Shown one piece after another: positions 1 through 10,801 of a stretch of 64,000 bases of DNA. Where the stretch lies: positions 1,468-65,467 of the forward strand of contig JAPFCO010000118.1 in the NCBI GenBank assembly GCA_026169505.1, in the 5' to 3' direction. How positions within the stretch are numbered: position 1 is the first letter of the stretch; the number at the start of each line of letters is the position of its first letter. This DNA comes from Pseudogracilibacillus sp. (GTDB lineage Bacteria; Bacillota; Bacilli; Bacillales; Amphibacillaceae). The translations under genes were made by a program, and so were the position numbers. The notes below the pieces were generated by a model. The model saw nothing but the letters and a program-made list of their open reading frames with translations. It did no database searches and was not told where the DNA came from.

Positions 1-655
1 CATCCCTAAGTACAGTAATTCGGTCCGTAATTTCAATTATCTCTTCCAATCTGTGTGATATATATATACTTGCAATTCCTTGTTCTTTAAATTGGCGTAT
101 ATTTTTAAATAAAATTTCTTTTTCTGTTTCTGTCAGTGAAGCAGTTGGTTCGTCAAAGATTATCAATTTTGGGTTATAAACAAGTGCTCGTGCTATTTCC
201 ACCATTTGTTGTTGAGCAACAGTCAAGTTCCCTACTAGTTCATCTACAGAAAAGTGACAATCTAGTCTATCTAATGCCTTGCGAGACCTCTTTTTTAATT
301 CTGCTTTATCTATTACATTAATGTACTTCTTTGGCAGGTTTCCTAAAAATATATTTTCTGCTATAGAAAGTTCGTTAACGAGTGATAGTTCTTGATGTAT
401 TAATAATATACCCTTTTCACTTGCTTCTTGGGGTGTACGAAATGTTATCTTTTCTCCATTAAAGATAACTTCCCCCTCATCAGCAGTATGAATTCCAGCA
501 AGTATCTTCATTAGAGTTGACTTTCCAGCTCCATTTTCACCTAAAAGTGCATGTACCTCCCCATTATTGATGTTCAAATTGACTTTATTTAATGCCTTAA
601 CACCCGGAAAGCTTTTTGTAATATTTCTCATCTCTAAAACGCTATTATTATTCAA
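1..655 (-). CDS. Sugar ABC transporter ATP-binding protein (RbsA/MglA type), runs off the window edge
   Basis: Hand translation from TTG at 655 (RBS GGAGG 7 nt upstream): LNNNSVLEMRNITKSFPGVKAL...LLGENGAGKST (Walker A); follows the sugar SBP gene. Confidence 0.9.
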   Translation of the reverse strand, partial: MNNNSVLEMRNITKSFPGVKALNKVNLNINNGEVHALLGENGAGKSTLMKILAGIHTADEGEVIFNGEKITFRTPQEASEKGILLIHQELSLVNELSIAENIFLGNLPKKYINVIDKAELKKRSRKALDRLDCHFSVDELVGNLTVAQQQMVEIARALVYNPKLIIFDEPTASLTETEKEILFKNIRQFKEQGIASIYISHRLEEIIEITDRITVLRD

Positions 656-830
656 TACATGTCCTCCCCTCTTAGCTTCACTTATTTACTTCAGTAATTT
701 ATTAACATCTTCATCTTTTGCCAATTATACATAAAACAACATATTATAAAGAATAACGTTGCCTTTTCCCTTTTAATAAAACGATTCTAAATGGGGAACT
801 AAACTATGATTCTAGTTTAGTCCCATCTAA

Positions 831-1793
831 TTAAAATCCAGGTTTTTCGAATTCTTCAATATTTTCCTGTGTTACTTTTGGTGTGTCGATAAAATTTGCA
901 AATTCAACTTCCTCACCATTTACAATATCAATCGCAGTTTTTACTGCTAGTTTTGCATCCTCAATAGGCGATTGTTCGACCGAACCGTAATATTCACCCT
1001 TCTCTATTAACTCATAACCAGAATCATACATATTAGCACTAGTTATAGCAATCTCACTTTCTCTACCCGCTTCTTTTATAGCATTATAGGCGCCTGTTCC
1101 TACATTATCACTCATAGCAAAAATTCCATCAATTTCATTATATTTTGTTAAATAGTTTTCCATAATTTGCTGAGACTTTTCAAGATCCCAATCGGAAGGC
1201 TGACTCTCAATGACTTCTATATCAGAATCTTGAATAGCCTCATGAAATCCTTCCACCCTAAGATTGGTGTTATCTGCACCTGGTGTACCTATTATTTCTA
1301 CCACTTTTCCTTCACCATTTAGAGCTTCAACCATTAACTCACCTGCTAATCTACCCTGTTCAAAATCATCTGGGCCAGTATAACCATTGATATAATCAAT
1401 TCCTGATTCATCTATGATGGAGTTTACAGATAATATTGGAAATCCTTTTTCGTGAGCTTTTTTCACCACTGGTACAATAGCTTTAGCATTCACAGGCCAA
1501 ACCATAATAATATCAACTTGTTTTTGCATTAAATCCTCAATTTGATTTGCTTGTTTTACTGCATCAGCTTGAGCATCCAAAACATCAATCTGTATACCTT
1601 CCTTTTCAGCAGTTTCTTTTATAGTATTTGCAAATAGTGTATTATAACCGTCTTGTCCCACATCTGCAATTGCAATCCCCATAGTTATACTATCTTTATT
1701 GTCTGTCTTTCCTTCTGTAGATCCACAAGCTGCCATTAATCCTACTAATAGTGTGAGTAACATAACGGATACTAGTAAAAATCTTTTATTCAT
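831..1793 (-). CDS. Sugar ABC substrate-binding lipoprotein (RbsB-like)
   Basis: Lipobox MAAC; periplasmic binding protein type 1 motifs (DAQADAVKQ, G.D..EQG..AGE). Confidence 0.9.
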   Translation of the reverse strand: MNKRFLLVSVMLLTLLVGLMAACGSTEGKTDNKDSITMGIAIADVGQDGYNTLFANTIKETAEKEGIQIDVLDAQADAVKQANQIEDLMQKQVDIIMVWPVNAKAIVPVVKKAHEKGFPILSVNSIIDESGIDYINGYTGPDDFEQGRLAGELMVEALNGEGKVVEIIGTPGADNTNLRVEGFHEAIQDSDIEVIESQPSDWDLEKSQQIMENYLTKYNEIDGIFAMSDNVGTGAYNAIKEAGRESEIAITSANMYDSGYELIEKGEYYGSVEQSPIEDAKLAVKTAIDIVNGEEVEFANFIDTPKVTQENIEEFEKPGF

Positions 1794-1935
1794 ATTATAA
1801 TCCCCTTTAATTTTAATTTAATAAAGCCCACGGATAAAATTTAATTAGATAATACATTGACTAGTAAGAGATTTAATTTAATTTAATTTAATTTAATACA
1901 TAAATATCTCAACCCCTTATAAAAAGTAATTTACA

Positions 1936-2934
1936 TTAATTATTCCTTTGAATTCTACTATCCATAAATATGACTGCAATTAGAATTAGTCCCATAACAA
2001 CATAAACATAATAAGATTCTATACCTAATAAATTCATGCCATTTCTTATAATACCTATTACCATTACTCCTCCAAAGGTCCTGAAAATGCCCCCCACTCC
2101 TCCTTGGAGACTTGTTCCACCAAGAACAACAGCCGCAATTACCCACAGTTCATATGTCTCTCCGGTAGTGGGAGTTGCTGCATTAATTTGAGAAGATAAA
2201 ACAATACCTGAAATAGCACACATTGCACCAATTATTGCATAGTTTATAATAATATTTCGATCAACTTTTATCCCAGCATTTTTAGCTGCATCTTTATTTC
2301 CACCAATGGCAAATGTATTTACTCCGTGAGATGTTTTTCGTAAAACCCACTCCCCTAATAAAAATAAGAGAATAAAAATAATAACTACAACTGGTATAAA
2401 GCCTATCTCCATTAATCCTAATTCATTGAATTTCATATTGGTCCCAGACACCGATTGTTCCTTTGTAACAACATAAACAAGACCCCGAATACCAATCATA
2501 GCAGCCAATGTTGTAATAAATGAGTTCACGCCTATTTTTGTAATAATTACTCCATTGAGGATCCCTATCAATATTCCAATCAATAAACCTATAGTTACTG
2601 ATAAAAACAACCCAAGAGGTTGTAAAATGATTACTACGGCTGAAACCAATGCCATCAAAGAACCCACAGATAAATCAATATTTCCATTTATTAAAATAAA
2701 TGTCATTCCTATAGCCATAAATCCAATGATAGATGATTGGATTAATATATTAGTAATGTTCATAAGTGTTAAAAAATACGGACTTAATATACTAAATAAA
2801 ATTATACATACAAGTAATACTACCCAAACTGGTTGTTTAACAAAGATATTTTTTAACATTATTGCAAATTTATTATTATTTTTTTCGGATGTATTCTCTT
2901 TTATTTTGGAATTTCCATTTATTGCATTGTTCAT
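1936..2934 (-). CDS. Sugar ABC permease (RbsC-like)
   Basis: Hydrophobic; IDLSVGS and IAAVVLGGTSL.GG.G motifs. Confidence 0.92.
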   Translation of the reverse strand: MNNAINGNSKIKENTSEKNNNKFAIMLKNIFVKQPVWVVLLVCIILFSILSPYFLTLMNITNILIQSSIIGFMAIGMTFILINGNIDLSVGSLMALVSAVVIILQPLGLFLSVTIGLLIGILIGILNGVIITKIGVNSFITTLAAMIGIRGLVYVVTKEQSVSGTNMKFNELGLMEIGFIPVVVIIFILLFLLGEWVLRKTSHGVNTFAIGGNKDAAKNAGIKVDRNIIINYAIIGAMCAISGIVLSSQINAATPTTGETYELWVIAAVVLGGTSLQGGVGGIFRTFGGVMVIGIIRNGMNLLGIESYYVYVVMGLILIAVIFMDSRIQRNN

Positions 2935-3899
2935 GCGAGACTTCTCTCCTTTTTCAAGCTCATATCAAGCCAAACAGCAGCTATTATTACAAACCATGTT
3001 ACTATCCACTGAGTATAGTAAGGAAATCCTAGCAAGAGAAGGGCATTATTGACAAAACCAAGTATTAGAACTCCGATTAAAGTTTTGGTAACACTACCAG
3101 ATCCCCCCATCAAACTGGTTCCTCCTAATATAACAGCAGCAATAATTTCTAATTCATAACCTTGTCCAATTTGATTTTGAGAAACCATCACTCTTGAAGC
3201 CATTATTATGCCTGCAATAGAAGTACAAACTCCCGTTAAAATAAAAGTACTAAAAACAGTTAAATTACGTCTAATTCCTGTAAAATTGCTCGCTATACCA
3301 TTACCACCAATTGCATAAACTTTACGACCGTAAGTAGTTTTGGTAAGTATAAATTGGAAGATTATAACTAAAGTAACTAAGATAATTACAGGTATAGGGA
3401 TACCAATAATATTGCCTCTTCCAATAATTGAGAACCATGTTTCCTCTGGCTGAGCAATGGAAACGTTTTCTCCATTAGAATAAATCAGTGTCATTCCTTG
3501 CAATAAAGATAACATTCCAAGTGTTACAATTAATGAATTTAACTTTAAAAAGCCAACTAAAGCACCATTAATACAACCAATTAGTATCCCAATAAGAATA
3601 ACCACTATAATAGTTGCTAAAGGTCCTATTTTATCATGGAGATCCAAGGACATAACGGTAGTTAATGATAGAAGCGATCCTACCGAAAGGTCAAAGTTTC
3701 CACCTATAATTACAAAGGTCATGGCTATCGCTATAATACCAATTATTGACGATTGTCTTAATACTGTTAGTATATTTGTTGTTGTCATAAAAGCGTCAAT
3801 GGATATTGATGCTATAATTAAAAAGATTATAAACGATAATATTAGCCCTTGTTTTTTCAATTTAACCTCATAAGGGCTCCCTGATGCTAATAATTTCAA
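2931..3899 (-). CDS. Sugar ABC permease (RbsC-like)
   Basis: FDLSVGS and IAAVILGGTSLMGGSG motifs; 4-nt overlap with the next permease. Confidence 0.92.
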   Translation of the reverse strand: MKLLASGSPYEVKLKKQGLILSFIIFLIIASISIDAFMTTTNILTVLRQSSIIGIIAIAMTFVIIGGNFDLSVGSLLSLTTVMSLDLHDKIGPLATIIVVILIGILIGCINGALVGFLKLNSLIVTLGMLSLLQGMTLIYSNGENVSIAQPEETWFSIIGRGNIIGIPIPVIILVTLVIIFQFILTKTTYGRKVYAIGGNGIASNFTGIRRNLTVFSTFILTGVCTSIAGIIMASRVMVSQNQIGQGYELEIIAAVILGGTSLMGGSGSVTKTLIGVLILGFVNNALLLLGFPYYTQWIVTWFVIIAAVWLDMSLKKERSLA

Positions 3900-4016
3900 A
3901 AAGATACCTCCTCTTTTACATAAAAGATTAATATAATTATTGAGTAATTTAAAAGAGACAAAATTCAGATAGAAAACTATTAAATTATACAGATAGATAT
4001 AATAATTAAAGTAGAC

Positions 4017-4772
4017 CTATAACATTACATCTCCCGAATTCGGTCCAAGTGTTTGTCCTGTATAAATATTTCCATCTGGTTCAGATGCTAAAAATATTAC
4101 AGTGGGAACCACTTCTTCAACCTTTCCAAATCTAGGAATTACAAGATTCTCCTCCTTTTGTGTCCTTTCTTCATCTGAATACATGGATACCATTTGAGTT
4201 TCAATTGGACCTGGAGCTATACAGTTTGCAGTTATTCCATATTGTCCAACCTCAAGTGCAACAGATTTTGTAAATCCTATAATCCCCGCTTTAGAAGCAG
4301 CATAATGACTCTTTCCAGCTTCTCCTTTTTGTCCTAATTGCGATGCAAAGTTAATAATTCTACCCGAATTTTGCTTGATCATATAAGGTATAGTATATTT
4401 TGTAGTTAGAAACACACTTTTTAAATTAACATCTATCATTCTTTCCCAATTTGAGATCTCCATATCTTTGACTAATGATTGATTATCAATAGCAGCTACG
4501 TTTATTAAGATGTCAATCTTATGAAATTCTTTTATTGTATTTTCAATTAAACTTCTAGCCGTATCCTCCTTTGAAATATCTCCTTCATTTGAAATGATTT
4601 TTACTCCATACTCATTCTGTAATTCTTTAGTAAATTCTAAGATTTCACCTTTGCCTTGTTCAAAGTAATTTAATGACAGATCGGCTCCCTCTTTAGCAAA
4701 GGATTTGGCGATTGCTCGACCAATTCCTTGTTTTGCTCCAGTGATAATTGCTACCTTTCCTTTTAGCTTCAT
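4017..4772 (-). CDS. SDR oxidoreductase (FabG-like)
   Basis: TGAKQGIG Rossmann motif; YAASK catalytic motif. Confidence 0.9.
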   Translation of the reverse strand: MKLKGKVAIITGAKQGIGRAIAKSFAKEGADLSLNYFEQGKGEILEFTKELQNEYGVKIISNEGDISKEDTARSLIENTIKEFHKIDILINVAAIDNQSLVKDMEISNWERMIDVNLKSVFLTTKYTIPYMIKQNSGRIINFASQLGQKGEAGKSHYAASKAGIIGFTKSVALEVGQYGITANCIAPGPIETQMVSMYSDEERTQKEENLVIPRFGKVEEVVPTVIFLASEPDGNIYTGQTLGPNSGDVML

Positions 4773-4872
4773 TTTAGTTTCACCTACACTTTTTGATTTA
4801 TTGCGTATCTTTTTAGCATTTTAATTAACAAGCCTTCCTTTAAAACTGACTAATCAAACTACATCACATTAT

Positions 4873-4886
4873 AGTTAGCGCTTTCA
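4873..4886 (-). promoter_or_regulatory. Putative CcpA cre site
   Basis: Minus-strand TGAAAGCGCTAACT versus consensus TGWAANCGNTNWCA. Confidence 0.55.
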
Positions 4887-4970
4887 CACCTTTTTCATTT
4901 TAACAATCGGATGATGCTTAAAAAACGGATGAAATATTTTGATTAAATACTCTTTAATTTAGATTCATGT

Positions 4971-6674
4971 TTATAATATACTTTTATCTTTAAAGTCAGG
5001 TAGCATGAAATCAAAATCACAACCTTCATCTGCTTGAAGTACATGCTTTCTATACATCCAATAATAACCTCTGTCTTCAAACTCTGGAGCTTTCCACCCG
5101 ATTTGTCTTTCTTTTAATTCATCTTCAGAAATATCAACATTAAGGATACGATTTTTTACATCTAACTCAATTAAATCACCATCTTTTACTAATCCTAATG
5201 GTCCACCAATTGCTGATTCTGGCGAAATATGTAGAACGACCGTTCCAAAGGCGGTTCCACTCATCCGACAATCCGAAATTCTAACCATATCTCGAACACC
5301 TTGCTTTAATAGCTTTTGTGGAATTGGAATCATACCTGCTTCTGGCATACCTGGTGCTCCGACTGGACCCGCATTTTGTAAGACTAGAACACTATCTTTG
5401 TCTACTTCTAATGCTTCACTATTAATACGTTTTTCCATATCCTCAATTGACTTAAATACAACCGCTTTCCCCTTATGTTTTAATAATTTTTTATCGATAA
5501 CCGCCTTGGGTTTTATGATAGAACCATTTGGAGAAATGTTCCCTTTAAGAACAGTAATTCCTCCATCTTTATGAAGTGGATTATTAATTGTTCTTACAAT
5601 ATCTCGATATACTTCCTCAATTTTTATATTATTTAAGTTTTCACCTATGGTCTTTCCTGTAACCGTAAGTTCATCTAAATGAAGCAATGATTCTAATTCT
5701 TTTAACACAACCGGGATACCCCCTGCATGATATAAATCTTGCATTTGATATTCCCCCGCTGGACGCATATTTGCAATAAAGGGTGTTTCTTCACTTATAA
5801 TTTCAAATAAATCTAAATCAATTTTAATCCCAACCCGCTTCGCAATCGCAGTTAGGTGAATTACTGAATTCGTTGATCCACCAATTGCCATTAGTAGGCG
5901 AATTGCATTTTCAAATGACTTTTTTGTCATAATATCAGATGGTTTGATACGTTGATTCACTAATCTGACAATTTGTTTACCAGTTTCTCTTGCCATATGC
6001 ATTCGTTCATTTACTGTTGCGGGGATAGCCGCACCTCCCGGTAACATCATCCCTAATGCCTCTGAACAAGATGCAATTGTGCTGGCAGAACCCATTACCA
6101 TACAATGTCCAGCCGTTGGCGCTAATTCCTTATTAATTTCTTTAATTTCTGTTTCACTTACAGTCCCTGCTTTGTATTCTTGCCAAAAATATCTGCAATC
6201 GGAACAGGCCCCTAGAGTCCTCCCTTTATATTCACCATTATTCATTGGTCCACCTGAAAATAATATAGAAGGTTTATTTGCACTAGCCGCTCCCATTAGT
6301 TGTGCAGGTGCCATTTTATCGCAGCCACCTATTAGCACCACTCCATCAATAGGTTGTGCAGTGATCATTTCTTCCGTATCCATTGCAACTAAATTTCTAT
6401 ACATCATAGTTGTTGGACTAGTGAACATTTCACCCAATGACATAATTGGAAATTCCAAAGGGGTACCACCACCTGCTATGACACCTTGCTTTATAGTTTC
6501 TACCATTGGTTGAATGTGTGAATGACATCTATTTACTTCACTAAATGTATTCGCAATTCCGATTACAGGCTTTTCATAATCAGCTTCATCATGTCCCAAA
6601 TGTCTACGGAATGCCATCTTTAAAAAATCACTAAATTCCGCATCACCATACGATGTATTTGACTTCTTTTCCAA
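4971..6674 (-). CDS. IlvD/Edd-family dehydratase, probably a sugar-acid dehydratase
   Basis: GGCDK, GGSTN..IHL.AIA and SD.RMSGT motifs; catabolic sugar-ABC context rather than an ilv operon. Confidence 0.88.
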   Translation of the reverse strand: MEKKSNTSYGDAEFSDFLKMAFRRHLGHDEADYEKPVIGIANTFSEVNRCHSHIQPMVETIKQGVIAGGGTPLEFPIMSLGEMFTSPTTMMYRNLVAMDTEEMITAQPIDGVVLIGGCDKMAPAQLMGAASANKPSILFSGGPMNNGEYKGRTLGACSDCRYFWQEYKAGTVSETEIKEINKELAPTAGHCMVMGSASTIASCSEALGMMLPGGAAIPATVNERMHMARETGKQIVRLVNQRIKPSDIMTKKSFENAIRLLMAIGGSTNSVIHLTAIAKRVGIKIDLDLFEIISEETPFIANMRPAGEYQMQDLYHAGGIPVVLKELESLLHLDELTVTGKTIGENLNNIKIEEVYRDIVRTINNPLHKDGGITVLKGNISPNGSIIKPKAVIDKKLLKHKGKAVVFKSIEDMEKRINSEALEVDKDSVLVLQNAGPVGAPGMPEAGMIPIPQKLLKQGVRDMVRISDCRMSGTAFGTVVLHISPESAIGGPLGLVKDGDLIELDVKNRILNVDISEDELKERQIGWKAPEFEDRGYYWMYRKHVLQADEGCDFDFMLPDFKDKSIL

Positions 6675-6755
6675 ACTTATTCACGTCCTCTTTTATGTAA
6701 ACAATGCCCCTCAATACGCTCTATTAGAGTGAATGCATTGTTTAATTTAAATGGG

Positions 6756-8165
6756 TTATTTCTGTTTATTTAATTCTTCTATAAATCCAGCTACTTGATA
6801 AATTAATGCTTCTTGCAAATAATTCCCAATCAATTGAATACCTACAAGTAGTTTGGGATCTTGACTTGCTGGCATAGATAGACTTGGCAATCCAACAAAG
6901 TTAGTAATCCCTGTAAATTTATTAAGTACATGCTTTAACTGAATATCTTCTGATTTAATACGTACGGTTGACTCTCCTGTTTTAGGAGGGACGATTGGGA
7001 CAGTCGGAGTTAATATTATGTCAATTGAATGAAACAACTCCTCGAAATACTCTTTATATTCTTGTTTTAAATGTTGGGCTTTTATATATTCAAATGCACT
7101 TATGTTCGCTCCACTTTGAATTCTATCCACTACTTCAACATCCATTTTGTTACTGTTTTTTTCAACTGTTTCTTTATGGCAGTAATATCCTTCACTTGCT
7201 AAGGTTATCCAGAAGGATCTGTTTAATTCATCTAAATCTTTTATACTAATATAAGTAACAAGTGCCCCGTGCTCTTTCAATTTCCCAACTACACTTTCAT
7301 ATTCCTTTTTTACGATATCATCCATGTTCTTAAAATAATCATTTGTTGGAATCCCGATTCTAATGCCATTTATCTTATTTCCTATTAATTCTGTAAAATC
7401 TTCTTCATCCACTGATAAAGAATTAGGATCAGTCGTATCGTATCCTGCAATGGCATTCATCACTAAAGCGTTATCAAAAACTGATTGGGTTAAAGGTCCT
7501 ACATGGTCTAATGAATCACACAGAGGATATACCCCGCTTTTACTCACCCTTCCAAATGTGGGTTTCAAACCTACCACTTTATTAAAAGCTGCTGGTATCC
7601 TTACAGAACCCCCTGTATCTGTTCCTATAGTCGCTAAACAATGTACTCCCGCTACAGAAACAGCTGAACCACTACTAGAACCTCCTGGCACAAGATTCAC
7701 ATCATAATAGTTTTTCACCGGACCAAACATCGATTTATCTCCAGTAGTACCGTAAGCAAATTCGTGTGTATTTAATTTCCCTATTATAATTGCACCCGCT
7801 TCTTCCAGCAGTTTAACAATATGAGCATCTTTCTTTGCTATAAAATTTTCATATACCTTTGACCCCATTGTAGTTCTGACGTTGTTGTAGAAAATATTAT
7901 CTTTTAAAGCTACAGGGATACCATGAAGCTCTCCCCTATATTTACCATTTCTTAAGTCATTATCTAATGTTTTTGCTTTACTTATAGCTTGATTTTCTAA
8001 TATGGTAATAAAACTATTATATTTTTTATTATGATCGTTTATTTTATTGATTATATTTGTGATTAATTCATAAGATGTAATCTCGCCATCTTGTATCATT
8101 TTGGATATGGTTTTTATATCTTTAACATATAAATCATTGTTAACTTTATTCTCTTTGCGAACCAT
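6756..8165 (-). CDS. Amidase-signature family amidase
   Basis: Lys in VALKDN, GGSSSGS and GTDTGGSVRIPA (Lys-cisSer-Ser triad intact); no gatB/gatC nearby. Confidence 0.9.
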   Translation of the reverse strand: MVRKENKVNNDLYVKDIKTISKMIQDGEITSYELITNIINKINDHNKKYNSFITILENQAISKAKTLDNDLRNGKYRGELHGIPVALKDNIFYNNVRTTMGSKVYENFIAKKDAHIVKLLEEAGAIIIGKLNTHEFAYGTTGDKSMFGPVKNYYDVNLVPGGSSSGSAVSVAGVHCLATIGTDTGGSVRIPAAFNKVVGLKPTFGRVSKSGVYPLCDSLDHVGPLTQSVFDNALVMNAIAGYDTTDPNSLSVDEEDFTELIGNKINGIRIGIPTNDYFKNMDDIVKKEYESVVGKLKEHGALVTYISIKDLDELNRSFWITLASEGYYCHKETVEKNSNKMDVEVVDRIQSGANISAFEYIKAQHLKQEYKEYFEELFHSIDIILTPTVPIVPPKTGESTVRIKSEDIQLKHVLNKFTGITNFVGLPSLSMPASQDPKLLVGIQLIGNYLQEALIYQVAGFIEELNKQK

Positions 8166-8182
8166 CTAAGATATCCCCTATT

Positions 8183-8974
8183 CTAATATGCTAAATAACC
8201 TCCATCAACACTATAAATACCACCTGTAGAATATGAGGAAGCTTCTGAAGCAAGATGTAAAATCATTCCCGCAATCTCACTCGGATGAGAGATTCGATTC
8301 ATGGGTATGTTTTGGAGTAATTTTTTATTACTCTCAGTAGTAGAATCATTGCTCAAGTTTTTAGTCATTCCTGTTTTTGTATAACCAGGAGCAATAGAGT
8401 TAACACGAATATTATACTTTGCCCACTCTACTGCCAAACATTTTGTAAGCATGTGAATTCCAGCCTTTGATACGTTATAAGCACTTTGAGACTCTCTGTT
8501 TGCTACAACGCTAGATATAGAAGCCATATTTATGATCTTTCCGTTATTTTGTTCAATCATATGTTTCCCGATATAGCTTGACATAAGAAATGCACTATTT
8601 AAATTTATATCCATAATAGCTTTCCATTCCGTTAAAGTCAGTTTCTCAAAGGGGCCTTGTTTCATTACCCCGGCATTATTAATTAAAGTATTAACATGTT
8701 CATACTTATCAACTATTTTTCCAACTGCTTCTGCAACATCTTCTTCTTTCGATACATCGGCTATTATTGCTTCAGCACAATTACCTCCTAAATCTTTGTT
8801 AATTTGATTAGCAGTCTTGAATACATTTTCTTCATTTATATCTAATAAAACTACTTTAGCACCGTATTCTGCTAAAATTAATGCTGCTTCTCTCCCTATT
8901 CCAGATCCAGCACCAGTTATTACCGCGGTTTCTTTGTTTAAATTGAATATTTGTTTATACATGTTTTCCCTCAC
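8183..8974 (-). CDS. SDR oxidoreductase (sugar/polyol dehydrogenase-like)
   Basis: TGAGSGIG, NNAG and YNVSK motifs. Confidence 0.9.
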   Translation of the reverse strand: MRENMYKQIFNLNKETAVITGAGSGIGREAALILAEYGAKVVLLDINEENVFKTANQINKDLGGNCAEAIIADVSKEEDVAEAVGKIVDKYEHVNTLINNAGVMKQGPFEKLTLTEWKAIMDINLNSAFLMSSYIGKHMIEQNNGKIINMASISSVVANRESQSAYNVSKAGIHMLTKCLAVEWAKYNIRVNSIAPGYTKTGMTKNLSNDSTTESNKKLLQNIPMNRISHPSEIAGMILHLASEASSYSTGGIYSVDGGYLAY

Positions 8975-9680
8975 TTAATTCACGGTGGAAATCAATCGTT
9001 CTTTGCAATTTACTCCACATTAAGTTTCGTGCTTCTATTGCATCCCCACTAACAATTGCTTCATAAATTCTTCTATGATCACCAATGAACTGTTCAACCT
9101 TTTTTTCCTCGATGAGTTTATTTCGGGTTTCTTCTAATGCTTCTAATATTTGTTCAGATATTAAATTCAATATATCTATAACCATTTTATTTTTACTTAC
9201 TTTTCCAATAGTCATATGAAAATTCAAATCTTCTTCTGCACCTAAATTCCCATTACTGACCTCTTTTTCCAAAGCACTTAAAGCATTATTAATTTCCTGT
9301 AAGTCATTTTCATCTGCTTTTTCTGTTGCTGCATAAATTGCAATTGCTTCAATTCCTTGACGCAGTTCTAACAAATCAATAAGCTGCACTTCGCTGTCTT
9401 CATCTGTTATCACTTCCATGATTTGTTCTAAAATCACATCGATATCACTATCTACTAAAAACGCTCCTATTCCAGGCCTCACTTCAATAATTCGTGATGT
9501 TTGTAATATACTCAAAGCTTCCCTTACCACATTCCTCGATATAGAAAGCTGTTCTGACAATTCTCTTTCTGAGGGTAACTTATCACCTGGTTTATACCAT
9601 CCCTGTTCAACTGAATAACGTAGTTGTTCAATAACCGTTTCATATGCTCGTGTTTTTTTAATTGGAGAAAACCTTTTCAT
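8955..9680 (-). CDS. GntR/FadR-family transcriptional regulator
   Basis: PGDKLPSERELSEQL.ISR..VREAL wHTH plus FCD-type C-terminus. Confidence 0.92.
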   Translation of the reverse strand: MKRFSPIKKTRAYETVIEQLRYSVEQGWYKPGDKLPSERELSEQLSISRNVVREALSILQTSRIIEVRPGIGAFLVDSDIDVILEQIMEVITDEDSEVQLIDLLELRQGIEAIAIYAATEKADENDLQEINNALSALEKEVSNGNLGAEEDLNFHMTIGKVSKNKMVIDILNLISEQILEALEETRNKLIEEKKVEQFIGDHRRIYEAIVSGDAIEARNLMWSKLQRTIDFHRELSEGKHV

Positions 9681-9773
9681 ATCATCACGCTCTATTTATC
9701 ATTATTTTTGTACCGATAACTAGTAACATTACTTGTCATAACTTATTAAAGTCTATTAATATGTAAAATTTAG

Positions 9774-10703
9774 TCATTTCATTCTAAAAATAATCGGCTG
9801 TAATGGAGCTCCCGTTGCTCCTTTTATTGGCATTGCTTTTGCAATAAAACCCATCGTATATATTCTTTCCTTGGATAATTCCTCCAAATTTAACACTTCA
9901 ATAATTGGAATGCCTGCTTCAGCTAATAAGTACGTATGAACAGGAAAATAACTTCCTTCTTCCTCTGATGGAGTTTGCTCCAAACCAATATTATCAGCCC
10001 CAACTATCATAGCTCCTAATTCCGATAAGTACTCTGCTCCCTCAATATTCAATCCCGGGGATTGAAAGGAGTATTTTTCATGATTAGGCCAGTAATTCAT
10101 GCGTCCAGTTCTTAATAAGACTATGTCCCCTTTTTTCACGGAAACTTCTTGAGCCTTCATTGCATCTATAATATCTTGTTTTCCTATCCCGTACGACGGT
10201 CGTAAAACGTTTGTATTTTTTAGTTTAGCAATGTCTAAGAGAATAGCCCTTCCAATTATCGAAGGATAATTTTCAGGTCCACATTTATTCCAATGTCTAC
10301 TCCCTAAGTTTTCCTCAACGGAGTATTCATTCCAAATAAATCCATCATAACCATAATGACTAAATGTATCTATATGAGTTCCACAGTGTGTATACATTGA
10401 AATGGCATCGCCAGAATAACTGAATTTATTTAACGTTTCTTTTGAAGCCCCAGTTAAATTATCATTTTTATTTCCATCGGGTGTATGAGTCATCCAAATT
10501 TGGAATGGTGGGTCACCAGCTTCAACCCAAGACGGCATACCCATAAAATAATCGACTGTTAGATCATATCTGTTAGAATAATCTAATGAACTCATCACTT
10601 CTTCTACTGACTTGTCAGTTATCCAGTTTAATCTGCCTATTTGATCATCCTTTCCCCAAGGACTTTTCGCTGCCTTGAACTGTCTTGGTACAAAATCGCA
10701 CAT
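9774..10703 (-). CDS. Cyclase-family metal hydrolase (kynurenine formamidase/isatin hydrolase-like)
   Basis: HCGTHID (HxGTHxD) motif; GDIVLLRTG; E.LNLEEL. Confidence 0.85.
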   Translation of the reverse strand: MCDFVPRQFKAAKSPWGKDDQIGRLNWITDKSVEEVMSSLDYSNRYDLTVDYFMGMPSWVEAGDPPFQIWMTHTPDGNKNDNLTGASKETLNKFSYSGDAISMYTHCGTHIDTFSHYGYDGFIWNEYSVEENLGSRHWNKCGPENYPSIIGRAILLDIAKLKNTNVLRPSYGIGKQDIIDAMKAQEVSVKKGDIVLLRTGRMNYWPNHEKYSFQSPGLNIEGAEYLSELGAMIVGADNIGLEQTPSEEEGSYFPVHTYLLAEAGIPIIEVLNLEELSKERIYTMGFIAKAMPIKGATGAPLQPIIFRMK

Positions 10704-10742
10704 AATTATCCTCCTTATAATTCAAGTTGATTTTTTCATAAC

Positions 10743-10801
10743 TGGTAGTACCACCCTACCGCTATACAGAATATATTATACGCATCAGTTTTAATTGTCA
10801 A
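10743..10801 (-). promoter_or_regulatory. Putative promoter and FadR-type operator of module 1
   Basis: TGGTAGTACCA (TGGT-N3-ACCA) at 10743-10753; minus-strand TTGACA and TATAAT with an atypical 15-nt spacer. Confidence 0.55.

Noticed and set aside
1871-1897. (ATTTA)x5 run between the SBP and permease genes
   Set aside because: Low-complexity AT slippage; no evidence of function
6756-8165. gatA call for the amidase
   Set aside because: No gatC/gatB neighbours and a catabolic context
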